NCBI GenBank assembly: GCA_051294375.1
Contig: JBJCIZ010000744.1
Location: forward strand, 1,869,252-1,933,251
Source of the DNA: Paraspadella gotoi
Taxonomy: Eukaryota; Animalia; Chaetognatha
Direction of reading: 5' to 3'
DNA: 64,000 nucleotides
Shown one piece after another: positions 14,590-28,060 of this stretch. Every line of letters begins with the position of its first letter. Within the stretch, counting starts at the first letter, position 1. The translations under genes were made by a program, and so were the position numbers. Below the pieces are notes generated by a model that saw only the letters and a program-made list of their open reading frames with translations, searched no databases and was not told where the DNA came from.

Positions 14590-15415
14590 CTTCTTTCCTT
14601 TCCTCATTATCTCCTTCTCTCTCNNNNNNNNNNNNNNNNNNNNNNNNNTCTCATTCATCTTCCTCTTTCATATCCTTTTCCTCTTCCCTCATTATCTCCT
14701 TCTCTCTCTTCTTTTCTTTCCTATTATCTCCTTCTCTCTCCTTCTTCTTTCTATATTATCTCCGTTCTTCTCACTTTCTTCTCCTATTATCTCCTTCTTT
14801 CTTTCCTCATTATCTTTCTTCTCTCTCCTTCATTCCTCATTATCTCCTTTCTTTCTCCTTCTTTTCCTTTCCTCATTATTCTCTTCTCTCTCCTTTCTTT
14901 CCTTTCCTGCTTTCTCCTTCTCTCTTCTTCTCCTTTATTATCTCCTTCTCTCTCTTTTTCCTTTCTATTATTCTTCTCTCTCTTCTTTCCTTATTATCTC
15001 CTCTCTCTCTCCTTCCTTTTCCTTCCTTATCTCCTTTCTCTCTCCCTTCTTTCTCATTATCTCTTTCTCTCCTCTTCTTTCTTTCTATTATCTCTTCTCC
15101 TACTTCTTCTCTTTTATTATCTCCTTTCTTCCTTTCCTCCATTATCTCCTTCTCTCTCTTCTTTCCTCATTATCTCCTTCTCTCTCCTTCTTTCCTTTCC
15201 TATTATCTCCTTCTCTCTTCCTTCATTCCTATTATCCCTTCTTTTCCTCTTTCCTTCTCATTATCTCCTTCTCTTCCTTCTTTCCATCATTATCTCTTCT
15301 TTCCTTTCCTCATTTATCTCTTCTCTCTCTTCTCCTCTATTTCCTTTTCCTCATTATCCTTCTCTCTCTTCTTTCCTCAGTTATCTCCTCTCTCTCCTTC
15401 TCTCTTTCCTTTTCC
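14590..15415. repeat. About 29-34-bp pyrimidine satellite (ctcattatctccttctctctccttctttc); copies at about 21450-22145, 26590-27360 and 19305-19406
   Basis: Recurring attatctcc core. It is the source of the long L/S/F ORFs. Confidence 0.9.
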
Positions 15416-16092
15416 TCTACGATTCCAAACTTGTATCGGCGAGGGAGAAAATAGAGTGGCCAATTCATTTCGGCGAGAGAGGGCGCGGGATCCGGTCACG
15501 TACCCCGGACTTCTCGGTCTCATTCCGTCACGGCTCTGCGATTTGAATTGTGGTCGTCGTCGTCGTCGTCGTCGTCCGTTCGTCTCGTGTGTCGTCGTCG
15601 TCTTCGGTTGTCATTCGTCGTTTCTTCGTAGATGTCATCATCATCTCGGCAAACGCTTCGTCATCATCTGTTGATCAATGTCATCATCACATCATCATCA
15701 TCATTGTTCTTGTCTGTCATTTCATTATGATCTTTGTCTTCATTTCATCATCCTTGAAAATGACATCATTGTCATCTGTTGGTCGTTGTTCTCAGTTATC
15801 GTTCGTTATTTGTCATCGGTCGTCGTTGTCTTAGATCGTCGATGTCTTCGGTGTCATAAGTTCATGATCGTGCATCATTGTTCGGTTAGGTCGTGTCATC
15901 GTCGTCGTCGGCCTCGCTTGTCACAGTGAAAAATAACCTTCACGTCCGTATTCCGAGTGAGGAGTGAGAAGTGAGAAGGGAAAAAAGCCGAGGTGTATAT
16001 AATCATTACTTCCATTCGAGAGAAAGGAGCGTGGGAGGCTGGAGGGAGGGTGGGGGAAATCTCGGGAGAAATAGAGGGGAAAATTGAAACAG

Positions 16093-16146
<54 letters not shown>

Positions 16147-16494
16147 AAGAGAGAGAGAGAAAAAAAATATCACAAAATTTTGTCTTGATAGGACTTTTTA
16201 AAAAGTTTGTATTATTGTTTCATGTTATACGTTACCTAGGCAATTAACAATGTGAAATTATTTAAAAACAAAATAACTTAATTATCTTAAGACTTTCTTG
16301 ATTAGTTTTTTTTTTTCAGTTTTTAAAAAACTTTCAACTTTTTAAAAGTTAAAAAAGCAAAGAAAGTTTTTTTCACTTAATCCCTAAAGATTTTAATCTG
16401 GTTCTTTTTTTTCTTTTTTTCCCCCATATTTTTTTTCTTCAATTCCACAATTTTTAGTCATCGGACTTTCCATTACCTCCGCCATTTCTCTTCT

Positions 16495-16539
<45 letters not shown>

Positions 16540-19500
16540 TCTCTCTCTCTCTCTCATTGATGTTACTATTTTCACGACGTTTCATTGTCTCTCTCTCTTC
16601 TCCCATCGCCGATTAATTACATCGCTTTTTCTTTCTCTCTATCACGCCACTCTCCCCTCCCACATAGGTGAAAGTGAAAGTTTGGAATCAAAATTTAGCA
16701 GTTATATCTTGAAAACTATATATTGTGAATACTAATCTGTAATTATTTTTCTTTTTTTTATAATATTAGTGTAGCCCAGTCAGCTTATTTTGTATACTTA
16801 ATATATATTTATATATATATATATTATATTAGTAATATATATATATATAATATAATATAATACTTTTAACTTATATATGTCAAAATTTCAAAAATGGTTT
16901 TTTTTAATTCTGAGAACTGATTCAGATTCTCGTTAAGAGTTAATATAAGAAAGTATAAATCTTTTTCAAATTATTCTTAGTAGGTTAAAATTACAAAAAC
17001 TATATTTTAAGCTGGAAATTTAACAATCGGCGTCTTTTAATATAGTTTTTTGACATTTTACTTAAACTTAATGAAAGATTTTTTTTTTAAAAGGAATTGT
17101 ACTTTCTTATAATAATTTTTTGCAAGGGATCTCAAATTCGATTCTTAAAATTTTTTAAAATTGTATATTTGAAAATTTTATGCTATTAGTATACTTATTA
17201 CTATATATAATATAGCTCACTGGTGCCACTAATGTATAAATTTTAAAAATAAATTTACAAAATATTTTTATTGGTTTTTATGTTTATGTTTTATATTGCT
17301 AAATTTTATTTTTTCTTATTTTATTTTTCACATCCTTCTACTCGCACTCACTGACCGAAACCCTTTTTCCACCTGTGAACACCCGGATACCCGCAGGCAG
17401 ACACCAGGGACCACCTCACCCAACCTTCACACAGGAATGCCCAGCGCCATTAACATTAAAGTGCTGTCTACTTCAGTCCATCCCGACCGGGACATCTTGG
17501 TTTCATCCTCGGAAATTCTCTTCTCTCTCTGCTCTCTTCCTTCTCGTTCTCTCTCTCATCTCGTCCTCTCTTCTCTCGTCCTACTCCGTATCGATAGAGA
17601 GCGGTGAAGGGATTGAGTATGCTAGTCATAGTATGTACTGTTAACACAGGAAACGGTGGAGGGAGGAGTCGGCTCCAACTTGGATCACGTTGTTAGAAGG
17701 AATGCAGAGGAGGAGAGAGATGGCAACAGAGAGAGAGAAAAATAAATTAATCTCCGGAGAGAAGGCAGGTGTGATTTCGGGTTCAAAGAGGAGAAACGAC
17801 TGGTTGTAGTATTTTACACAAATGTTTCATGAGAACAATGTGTGGCAGAATGTGAATGTAAAATGAAGAAATGCAGAATGTGAATGTAAGTGTTGCCCAT
17901 TGAATAATTTGTAGTGTTGTAGATCTGTCAATTTATCCAATTAGAATTGGTTTTATTTTAGGAATTTTTTAAATTCTAGAATGACAGAATGTTGTTAATT
18001 TGAAATAGATTTAATACTGGCAACTGAATGGTAACAGTTCACTTTTCCCAAATTCAACTTGTGATGCGAATGGAAATCGTAAATCTCTATCTACTTTATG
18101 CAATTCACTGTGACAAGAGGAGAAGAGAAAAAAAAGAAGATGGTTGGACGTTGGAATACGAAGGTGGAGTGTGGAGATGGAGATTTGGAGGAAGCCTACT
18201 CGGATTTCAGGATATAACTCTCTCTCTTCTTCTCTCCTCGTCTCTCTCTCTCCTCTCTCTGCTCTCATCCGGTCTTCTCGTCAGGTTCGTCTTCGTCTCT
18301 GCTTCTCTTGGCTGAGACCGGCGGAGAGAGTATAGTTGTAAGGAAATGAGCATTAAACGAAAGAACCTGGGCCGAATCAAACTTTTGGCGCGAGATTCGG
18401 AGAAAAAAAAATTAAAAAAAAAAAAAAAGAGAGAAAAAAGGAAGAAAAAGAGAAAAACGAATAAGGAGCATAAGGAGGGCTGGAGGAGGGAGGAGGAGCG
18501 AGGAGGACGGAGGAGGAGTAGAGGAGCGAGGTGTTGTGAGTTAAGGTTGTGTAGCGTGAGTACTGTGAGTCTATTTCGACACCGCGTAATGGTTGTGGAA
18601 GTAGAGTTTTTTAAATACAGGTATTTCGCAATTATGATTTTTGTTTGTTCGCCTCGCTGAGTATTTTTTTTCTCTCTATGGGAGAAGCGGTTTTTTTTTT
18701 ATGGTGTTCTGATATTTCGTTAACATTCAGAACCGCGCGTACTGAAATTTTAGGATGTTTGCGTGGTAATTAGAGCGCAATTGTGGATCAAATGAAGCAC
18801 TCCTCTATCTAATCTCTCTCTACCTGCTCTCCTCTCTCGCTCTCTCTCTCTCATCCTCTCTCTCTCTCTCTTCTTCATCTCCCTTTCTCTCAGATTTATT
18901 ATCTGCTCTCTCAAAGTTTTTAATAATTAAAGAATAGTTATGATGTAAAAAAAAATAACCATAGATGATTTTATTTTAAAAATTCCTAGAACGCGAATGA
19001 CCCGAGTCGTTGAGATTCTCACTCTTTCCATCAAGTTCATATGTTTTTATTTATGATCGGCTGACGTGTCAGCAGATTTTCTACCCATGCGATCTTTCGA
19101 TGGTCGAATTCGCTCAACTACTTCGACGTCTATTCGTTTTCAACTTCTTAAATTATCACTCTCTCTCTCTCTCTCTCTTCTCTTCTCCTCTCTCTATCTT
19201 CTCTCTCTCCTCTCTCTTCTCTCTCTCTCTCTTCTTCTCTCTTCCATGATTATCTATTCGATAAAATGATGTTTTTATCGCTTCAAATTGGCGGAATCTC
19301 TCTTCTCTCCTTCTTTCCTTTCCTATTATCTCCTTCTCTCTCCTTCATTCCTCATTATCTCCTTCTTTCTCCTTCTTTCCTTTCCTCATTATCTCCTTCT
19401 CTCTCCTAAGGCCGTTTGGACGGGCTTTGAAGTCTCTCAGTGACTGGTTCTCTCTGTGAAACTATGAAGGTAAAGAGCATAGAAAGTAGCACACAGATAG

Positions 19501-19959
19501 ACTTTTCAGTAGACAAATGTAGAAACGTCATTGATGGTAGGTAACACAGTATGAGGCAACGGGCATTTCTCAACAGAGAGAGTAAGGGAGATAATGAGGG
19601 AAGAAGGAGAGAGAAGTGAGATAATAGAAAGGAAAGAAGNNNNNNNNNNNNNNNNNNNNNNNNNNNNNNNNNNNNNNNNNNNNNNNNNNNNNNNNNNNNN
19701 NNNNNNNNNNNNNNNNNNNNNNNNNNNNNNNNNNNNNNNNNNNNNNNNNNNNNNNNNNNNNNNNNNNNNNNNNNNNNNNNNNNNNNNNNNNNNNNNNNNN
19801 NNNNNNNNNNNNNNNNNNNNNNNNNNNNNNNNNNNNNNNNNNNCATCATCATGTTCATTGTCTGTCATTATCATTATGATCTTCGTCTTCATTGTCATCA
19901 TCCATTGGAAAATGGACATCATTGTCATCTGTCGNNNNNNNNNNNNNNNNNNNNNNNNN

Positions 19960-22900
19960 ATATAGAAACCCAAAACACAAAATGTAAAACAAATTTCAAC
20001 TAACACTAAACATTATATATCCATACTTACAAAAAGACAAGTTTGTTTTTAATAACCAATAAAACCCTGTTCAACACCTCTTTCTCGATAACTAGTAACA
20101 TATTACGTCCTCACAACTCCTCCCTCACACTTGTCGCCCACACTACCCCATCCCACATTTCCGACCCCGATTTTTTCCATTGCACAGTTTTTCACAACCG
20201 GACTCCAATTTCATTCGGCCACGATTTCGCTCCATTGACTTTCCACCGACTCATTTTCACGATTCTTTCATACGATCAGTCTTCTCGGTCCCTTTCACAA
20301 TACACCTTTCGTCCTTTTCCTTCAAAGTATCTCTCTTTTCTTTCACAGCCTTCCTTCTCTTTTCTTTCACCGCCATTCCTCTCCTTTTCTCTCGCACGTT
20401 CCTTCCTTGTGTTCTTAACACTTTTCTTTTCTAATGGTTTCCACTTTACTCTCCTTTTCTTTCACACCTTCCTCTCCTTTTCTTTCACCCTTCGCTCTTC
20501 TTTTACCTTCACGCCTTCCTCTTCTTTCTTCCACGCCTTCCTCTCTTTTCTTTTCGCCACGTTCCTTTCCTTTATATTAAACACCTTTTTTTCTTATTGC
20601 TTCCCACTTTACCTCTTTCTTCACGCCTTCTCCCTCTCTTCCCTTGAATTCAAATTATGGTCACTTCCGTTTTTTCTTCACTTCCTTCCTCCCTTTTCTT
20701 AATGAATTATTCCTTTTCTTTCTCAAAATCCTCCTTTTCCTTTTCCCACTTCCCTCCCTTTCCTTTTTCCCAATTTCCTCCCTTTCTCTTCCCACTTTCC
20801 TCCCTTTTTTTCTCACTTTCTCTCCCTTTTCTTTTTCCCACTTTCCTTCCTCTTTCTTTTCGCGCGATTCCTCTCATTTCATTTTACTTAAAGCTTTTCT
20901 AATTTTTTTTTCTTCTTCTTTCTTCCCGCGTGAATCCTCTATTATTTCTCAGTTACTCCTTTTTTTCTCTCACCTTCTTTTTCTCCTTTTTTATTTCCTT
21001 TTTCTTTTTCTTGTTCCTCCTTTCTCTTTTTCCTCCTTTTCTTTTCTTTTTTATCCTTTTCCTTTCCTTTTTCCTCCTTTTCCTTGTCCTTTTCCCTCCT
21101 TTCTTTCCTTTTGCCTCCTTTCCTTTTCCCTCCTTTTCCTTTCCTTTTTCCTCCTTGTATCCCATCAAACTGACAAAGGAAAAGGTCAGTAACCTAATCT
21201 AGTGACAGAGAAAAAAAAACAAACTTAATTAACGACGGATTCCGCCTCCTTCATATTCTTTAGAGAATAAAGAATAATTATAAACTCGCTTGAACGTTCT
21301 GCGGGAATTGCGCGTGCTGTCGTCGTCGTCGTCGTCTTCGTCGTTTCGTCGCTGCCCTTATACACGGGAACGCGACCTCAAACCCAGCATTCTTTGGCTT
21401 TTTTAATTCCCTACTTTCTCTAATTTCTTTTCTTTCTTTATTTTTCTTCTCTCCTTCTTTTTCCTTTCCTCATGTATCTCCTTCCTCTCCTTCTTTCCTC
21501 ATTATCTCCTTCTCTCTCCATTCTTCTTCCTATTATCTCCTTGCTTTCTCCTTCGTTCCTTTCCTATTATCTCCTTCTCACTTCTTCTCCTAATCTCCCT
21601 TACTCTTTCCTTTCCTCATATTCTTCTTCTCTCCCTTCATTCCTCATTATCTCCTCTTTCTCCTTCTTTCCTTTCCCATATCTCCTCTTTCTCCCTTCTT
21701 TCCTCATTCTAGGTATCTCCTTCTCTCTTCTTCTCCTTATTACTCCTTCTCTCTCCTTCTTTCCTTTCCTATTATCTCCTTCTACTCTCCTTCTTCCTTA
21801 TTATCTCCTTCTCCTCTCCTTCTTTCCTTTCCTATTAATTCTCCTTCTCTCTCCTACTTCCTCATTATCTCCTTCTCTCTCCTTCGTTTCCGTTCCTATT
21901 ATCTCTCTCTCTTCTTCTCTTATTATCTCCTTCTTTCCTTTCCCTATTATATCTCCTTCTCTCTCCTTCCTTTCCTCATTATCTCCTTCGTCTCTCCTTC
22001 TTTCCTTTCCTATTATTCTCCTTCTCTCTCCTTCATTCCTCATTATTCCTTCTTTTCTCCTTCTTCCTTGCCTCATTATCTCCTTCTACTCTCCTGGCTT
22101 TCCTCATGTTATCTCCTACTCTCTCCTTCTCTCCTTTCCTTCCTCCTACGATTCCAAACTGTATCGGCGAAGGGAGGAAAATAGAGTGGCCATTCCATTC
22201 TGCGCCGGGATGCCGCGGTCACGTACCCCGGACTTCTCCGGGTCTCATCCGTCACGGTCTTGCGATTTGAATTGTGGTCGTCGTCGTCGCTCGTCGTCGT
22301 CGTCGTCGTCGTCCTTCCATCCTCGTTGTCCGTCGTCTCGTCTTCGCGGTTGCTCAGTTCTTCGATTCTTCGAGATCGCTCATCATCATTCATCGGCAAA
22401 ACGCTTCGTCATCATCTGTTGATCAATGTATCATACAATCATCATCATCATGTTTATTGTCTGTCATTATCATTCATGATCTTCGATCTTCATGTCATCA
22501 TCCATTGGAAAAATGGACCATCATTTCATGTCTGTCGGGTCGTTGTTCTCAGTCATCGTCGTTATTTGTCGTGGTCGTCGTTGTCTTAGATCGTCAATGT
22601 CTTCGGTCGTCAAAGTTATGATCGTCATCATTGCGGTAAAGTGCGTCGTCATGCGTCGTCGTCGGCCTCGCTTGTCACGTGAAAAAATAAGCCTTCACGT
22701 CGTATTCCCCGAGTGAGGGAGGGGGGGGGGGAAAGTTTGGAGAAGGGAAAAAAGCCGAGGTTGCATATAATCATTACTTCATTCAGAGGGAAGGGAGTGT
22801 GGGAGGCAGGAGGTGGGGGGAAATCTCGGGAGAAAAAATAGAAGGGAAAATTGAAAACGGAGAGAGAGAGATAGAGACGATGCAGAGAGAGAGAGACGAG

Positions 22901-23285
22901 AGAGAGAGAGAGAAGAGAAGAGAGAGAGGAGAGAGAATAAAAAAATATCACACAAATTTTGTCTTTGATAGGATTTTTTAAAAAGTGTTGTATTATTTGT
23001 TTCATGTTATACATTACCTAGGCAAAATTAAACCAATGTGAAATATTTAAAAACAAAATAACACTTAATTATCTTAAGACTTTCTTGATTAGTTTTTTTT
23101 TTTTCAGTTTTTAAAAACTTCAACTTTTTTAAAAGTAAAAAAGCAAAAGAAAGTTTTTTCACTTAATCCCTAAAGATTTTAATCTGCCGTTCTTTTTTTC
23201 TTCTTTTTTTTTCCCCCCATTGTTTTTTCTTCAATTACCACAAATTTTAGTCATCCGGCACTTTCCATTACCCTCCGCCATTCTT

Positions 23286-23342
<57 letters not shown>

Positions 23343-23651
23343 GATTTGTACATTCTTCCACGACGTTCATTCTCTCTCTCTCTCCATCGCGATTAATTAC
23401 CAATCGCTTTACTTTCTCTACCATTCACCCGCACCCTCCACCATTTTCTAAAATTTTATCATTTTCACATCACTCTACTCCACACTCACTGACCGAAAAC
23501 CCCTTCTTTACCACCTTCGAACCACCCCCCGGGACTACCCGCAGGGACCACCCCCAGGGACCACCTCACCCCCAACCCTCCACACAGAATGCCCACGCGC
23601 CATTAACATTAAAGTGCTCTACTTCCAGTTCCATCCCGACCGGGACCATCT
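19960..23651 (+). other. Redundant noisy copy of about 13148-17500
   Basis: Colinear and bounded by the 25-N gaps at 19935-19959 and 23652-23676. Confidence 0.9.
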
Positions 23652-23676
23652 NNNNNNNNNNNNNNNNNNNNNNNNN

Positions 23677-24987
23677 GGTTCGCCTTTGCTCGAGCTGAGG
23701 CGAAGGGGGAAATTTATAGAAAATAGTTGAGAAGTTAGGGGAATTATTGCAATGGTTATTGATTTATTAATGATTGTTTATATGATTAATGGGATTAATG
23801 ATTAATGTTATGCTATTTTCATGACCAGTTTAGCTACTGACAATTTTTTTTATCACGAACTTCATAAGATCATCTGATCCAATGAAAATATGAATAAAGC
23901 TAATATATTTCTTTTCTAGTTATTATTATTTTTTTTGGGACTTTTATCCAAAATATATCATAAAAATAGTTGAATACGAAGTCAAATTTTTTTTCCAAAA
24001 TAAATATAATTTTATTTTATTTCGTTTCTTTCACGGGGAAGAAGAGGAAGATTTCCTTTTTTCTTTTCATTTTCTTTTTTTTCTTTTTTGTTTTATATTG
24101 TCCAGCTCTCTTTTTTGATGTCTTTCTTTTTCTTTCTTTCTTTTTTTATTTCTTCTTTTTCTTTCTTTCTTTCTTTCTTCTTTCTTTCTTTCTTTCTTTC
24201 ATCATATTTTTCAATCCCTATGTTTCACTTCGCTTCTTCTCGTATTTCACTTCTTTATTTTTATCTTCGACTCCCGTTTGTTTGTTTTTTATTTGAATTC
24301 GTTAAATTAAAAAAACAAAGATTTTTTGTTGAAATTTCCCTCTTTTTTTTTTACGTCGGGAATTTTACATAAAATCAAATAAAATGTTAAAATTTAAAAA
24401 TAAAAGTTGACTTTCTTGTACAACTAAGGAGCTATTTTTATCAATAGCCACAATTACAAGCAACAACAAACATTCAACAAACACATCAAAATCTAAGTGA
24501 AAAATCATCGGCCTTTGCCCCTGATTTCACAGTCTTTGGCTCCTTCGTAACGCGTTTTAACATTTTCCGACTATTTATAACGCCATTTATTTTATGCTGT
24601 TATTCTGGTTCCTTCTCTGCCGGTTTTGGATCGTCTATTACGAAGCGAGGCGCCAGTTCTTGTTTTTTATTACTAAACTCAGTTTAATATTTTTAACCAT
24701 TATTGTGTATCTCAACTATCTTAGCTTAATTTCTCTAGACTATTCATACTTTAATCGTAAAATATTACTTCTAATTTTGAATTAATGAAATGGGACGTTC
24801 TGAGAAATAAGCCTCCCTTTCTCCTTTTTACTCTTATTTTTTTACCTTTCTCCTTTTTTTTCACTACTCTCGCTCTCTTATCCTCTATCTTCCTCGCTTG
24901 TTTGACTTGTTCGTGGTGTCTGCCATTGCTATTTCTCTTTTTAACGTGACGTCGTTTACAGTTCGCGGTGCCACATTCTCTTCTCCT

Positions 24988-25034
<47 letters not shown>

Positions 25035-28009
25035 TCTCTTTACTCTCTCTCTCTCTTCTCCCGGGGGCGCAACTTTTCCTCTTGAGTTATTGAAAAAAAA
25101 AGTATTTCTTGTTTTGTTCACAAGCAACGCTCCTGGCGGAGAAAAAAAAGTGAGCGTTGCCTGACGTGGTTTTCTGTTTCTGTCTTTTCAGACAAGTTTA
25201 CGTGAAAAAAAGAGTTAAATTAAAACAAACACAAAATGTAACAATTTCAAAATACATAAACCATTATATTATTCATACTTACAAATAGACAAGTTGGTTT
25301 AATAACCAATATAACCCGTTCAAACCTCTTCTCATACTAGTAACATATTACGTCCTCACACTCCTTCCTCACACTGGTCGCCCACACTACCCCATCCCAC
25401 ATCGACCCGATTTTCCATTCACAGTTTCACACGGACTCCAATCATTCGGCTCACGATTTCGCTCATTGACTTTCCACGACTCATTTTCACGATTCTTTAT
25501 ACGATTCAGTCTTCTCGTCCTTTCACAATTACACCTTTCGTCCTTTCCTTTCAAGTATCTCTCTTTTCTTTACAGCCTTCCTCTCTTTTCTTTTCACGCC
25601 TTCCTCTCTTTTCTCTCGCACGTTTCTTCCTTTTCTTTTAACACTTTTCTTTCTATATGGTTTCCACTTTACTCTCTTTTCTTTCACACCTTCCTATCTT
25701 TTCTTTCACGCCTTCTCTCTTTTCCTTCACGCCTTCTCTCTTACTTCAGCCTTCCTTCTTTTTCTTTCGCACGTTCCTTCCTTTTTATTTTAAACACTTT
25801 TCTTTCTTAATGCTTCCACTTTACTCTCTTTTCTTTCACGCCTTCTCTCTCCCTTAATTCAAATGTCACTCCGTTTTTCTTCACTCCTTCTCCCTTTTCT
25901 TAATGAATTATTCTTTTCTTTCTCAAAATTCCTCCTTTTCTTTTCCACTTCCTCCCTTTCCTTTTCCAATTTTCCTCCCTTTTCTCTTCCACTTCCTCCT
26001 TTTTTTCTCACGTTGTCTGCCTTTTCTTTTTCCCACTTTCTTCCTTTCTTTCGTCGCGATCCTCTATTCATTCTTACTTAAAGCTTTTCAATTTTTTTTT
26101 CTTCTTCTTTCTCCCGGTGATCCTCATTATTCTCAGTTACTCCTTTTTTTCTCTCATTCTTTTTTCCTTTTTTATTTCCTTTTTTTTTTTCTTTTCTCCT
26201 TTCTCTTTTTCTCCTTTTTCTTTTCTTTTTATTCCTTTTCTTTTTCTCCTTTCCTTTTGTCCTTTTCCCTCCTTTCTTTTCCTTTTTCCTCCTTTCCTTT
26301 TCCCTCCTTTTCCTTTTCTTTTTCCTCTTGTATCCCATCAACTGACAAAAGAAAAGGTCAGTAAACTAATTAGTGACAGAGAAAGAAAAACCACTTAATT
26401 AACGTACGGATTCGCTCTATATCTTTTAGAGAATAAGGAATAATTATAAATCGTGAAGGTTTGCGGGATGCGGTCGTCGTCGGTCGTCGCTTTCGTGTCG
26501 TCGGCCCTTATACACGGACGGACTCAAACCAGATCTTTGGCTTTTTTAATTCTTTACTTTTTCTATTCTTTTCCTTTTTTGTTTTTTTCTCTCTTCTTCT
26601 TTCTATTATCTCTTCTCTTCCTCTTTCTCATTATCTCCTTCTCTCTTCTTTCTTTCTATTATTCCTCTCTCTCCTCTTCTTTCTATATTATCTCACGTTC
26701 TTCCAGTTTCTTTCTCCTATTTCTCCTATCTTTCTTCTCTTCACTCTATTCTTTCTTCTCTTCTTCATTCTCGTTTATCTCCTTTCTTTCTCCATCTCTT
26801 CTTCCTTTCCTCATTATTCCTTCTCTCTCCTTTCTTTCCTTTCTATTTCTCCTTCTCTCCTTTTCTCCTTTATTCTTCTCTCATCTCTTCCTCTTTTTCC
26901 TTTCTAATTATTCTTCTCTTCTCTTCTTTCCTTATTATTCTTCTCTCTCCTTCCTTTTCCTTCTTATCTCCTTTTCTTCCCTTCTTTCTCATTATCTCTT
27001 CTTCTTCTCTCTTCTTTCTTTCTATTATCATCTTCTCCTTTCTTCTTCTTATTATTATCTCCTTTCTCTCCTTTCCGTCAATTATTCTCCTTCTCTCTCT
27101 TCTGTTCCTCATTATCTCCTTCTCTCTCCTTCTTTCCTTCCTATTATCTCCTTGTCTCTCTTCCTTCATTCCTCATTATCCCTTCTTTCCTTCTTTCCTT
27201 CCTCATTATCTCCTTCTCTTCCTTCTTTCTCAATTATCTCCTTCTTCTCCTTTCCTCATTGTATCTCCTTCTCTCGTCCTCTATCTCCGTCTTCCTCATT
27301 ACTCCTTCTCTTTCTTCTTTCCTCATTATCTCCATCTCTCTCCGTCTCTCTTTCCTTTTCCTCTACGATTCAAACTGTATCGGCGAGGGAGAAAATAGAG
27401 TGGCCATTCATTCTACGTGCGAGAGAGGGCGCGGGTCGGTCAGTACCCCGGACTTCTCGGTCTCATTTCCGTCACGGCTCTGCGATTTGAATTGTGGTCG
27501 TCGTCGTCGTCTCGTCGTCCTTCGTCTCGTGTAGTCGTCTCGTCTTCCGGTTGTCATTCTCGATTCTTCGTAGATGTCATTCATTCTCGGCAAACGCTTC
27601 GTCATCATCTAGTTGATCATGTATCATCAATCATCATCATCATTGTTCTTGTCTGTCATTTCATTATGATCTTGTCTTCTTCATCATCTTGAAAATGATC
27701 ATTGTATTCTGTGGTCGTTGTTCTCAGTATCGTCGTTATTTGTCATGGTCGTCGTTGTTTAATCGTCATGTCTTCGGTAGTCAAAGTTATGATCGTCATC
27801 ATTGCGGTTGGTCGTCAATCGTCGTGTCGGCCTCGCTTGTACGTGAAAATAACCTTCCGTCCGTATTCCGAGTGAGGGAGTGAGAAGTGAGAAGGGAAAA
27901 AAGCCGAGGTGTATATAATCATTACTTCCATTCGAGAGAAAGGAGCGTGGGAGGCTGGGGGAGGGTGGGGGAATCTCGGGAGAAATAGAGGGGAAAATTG
28001 AAACGGAGG

Positions 28010-28060
<51 letters not shown>

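Noticed and set aside
14452-15546. Long L/S/F-rich ORFs (also 21472-22422, 26453-27490, 61411-62208)
   Set aside because: These are stop-poor pyrimidine satellite, and frames are not conserved between copies.
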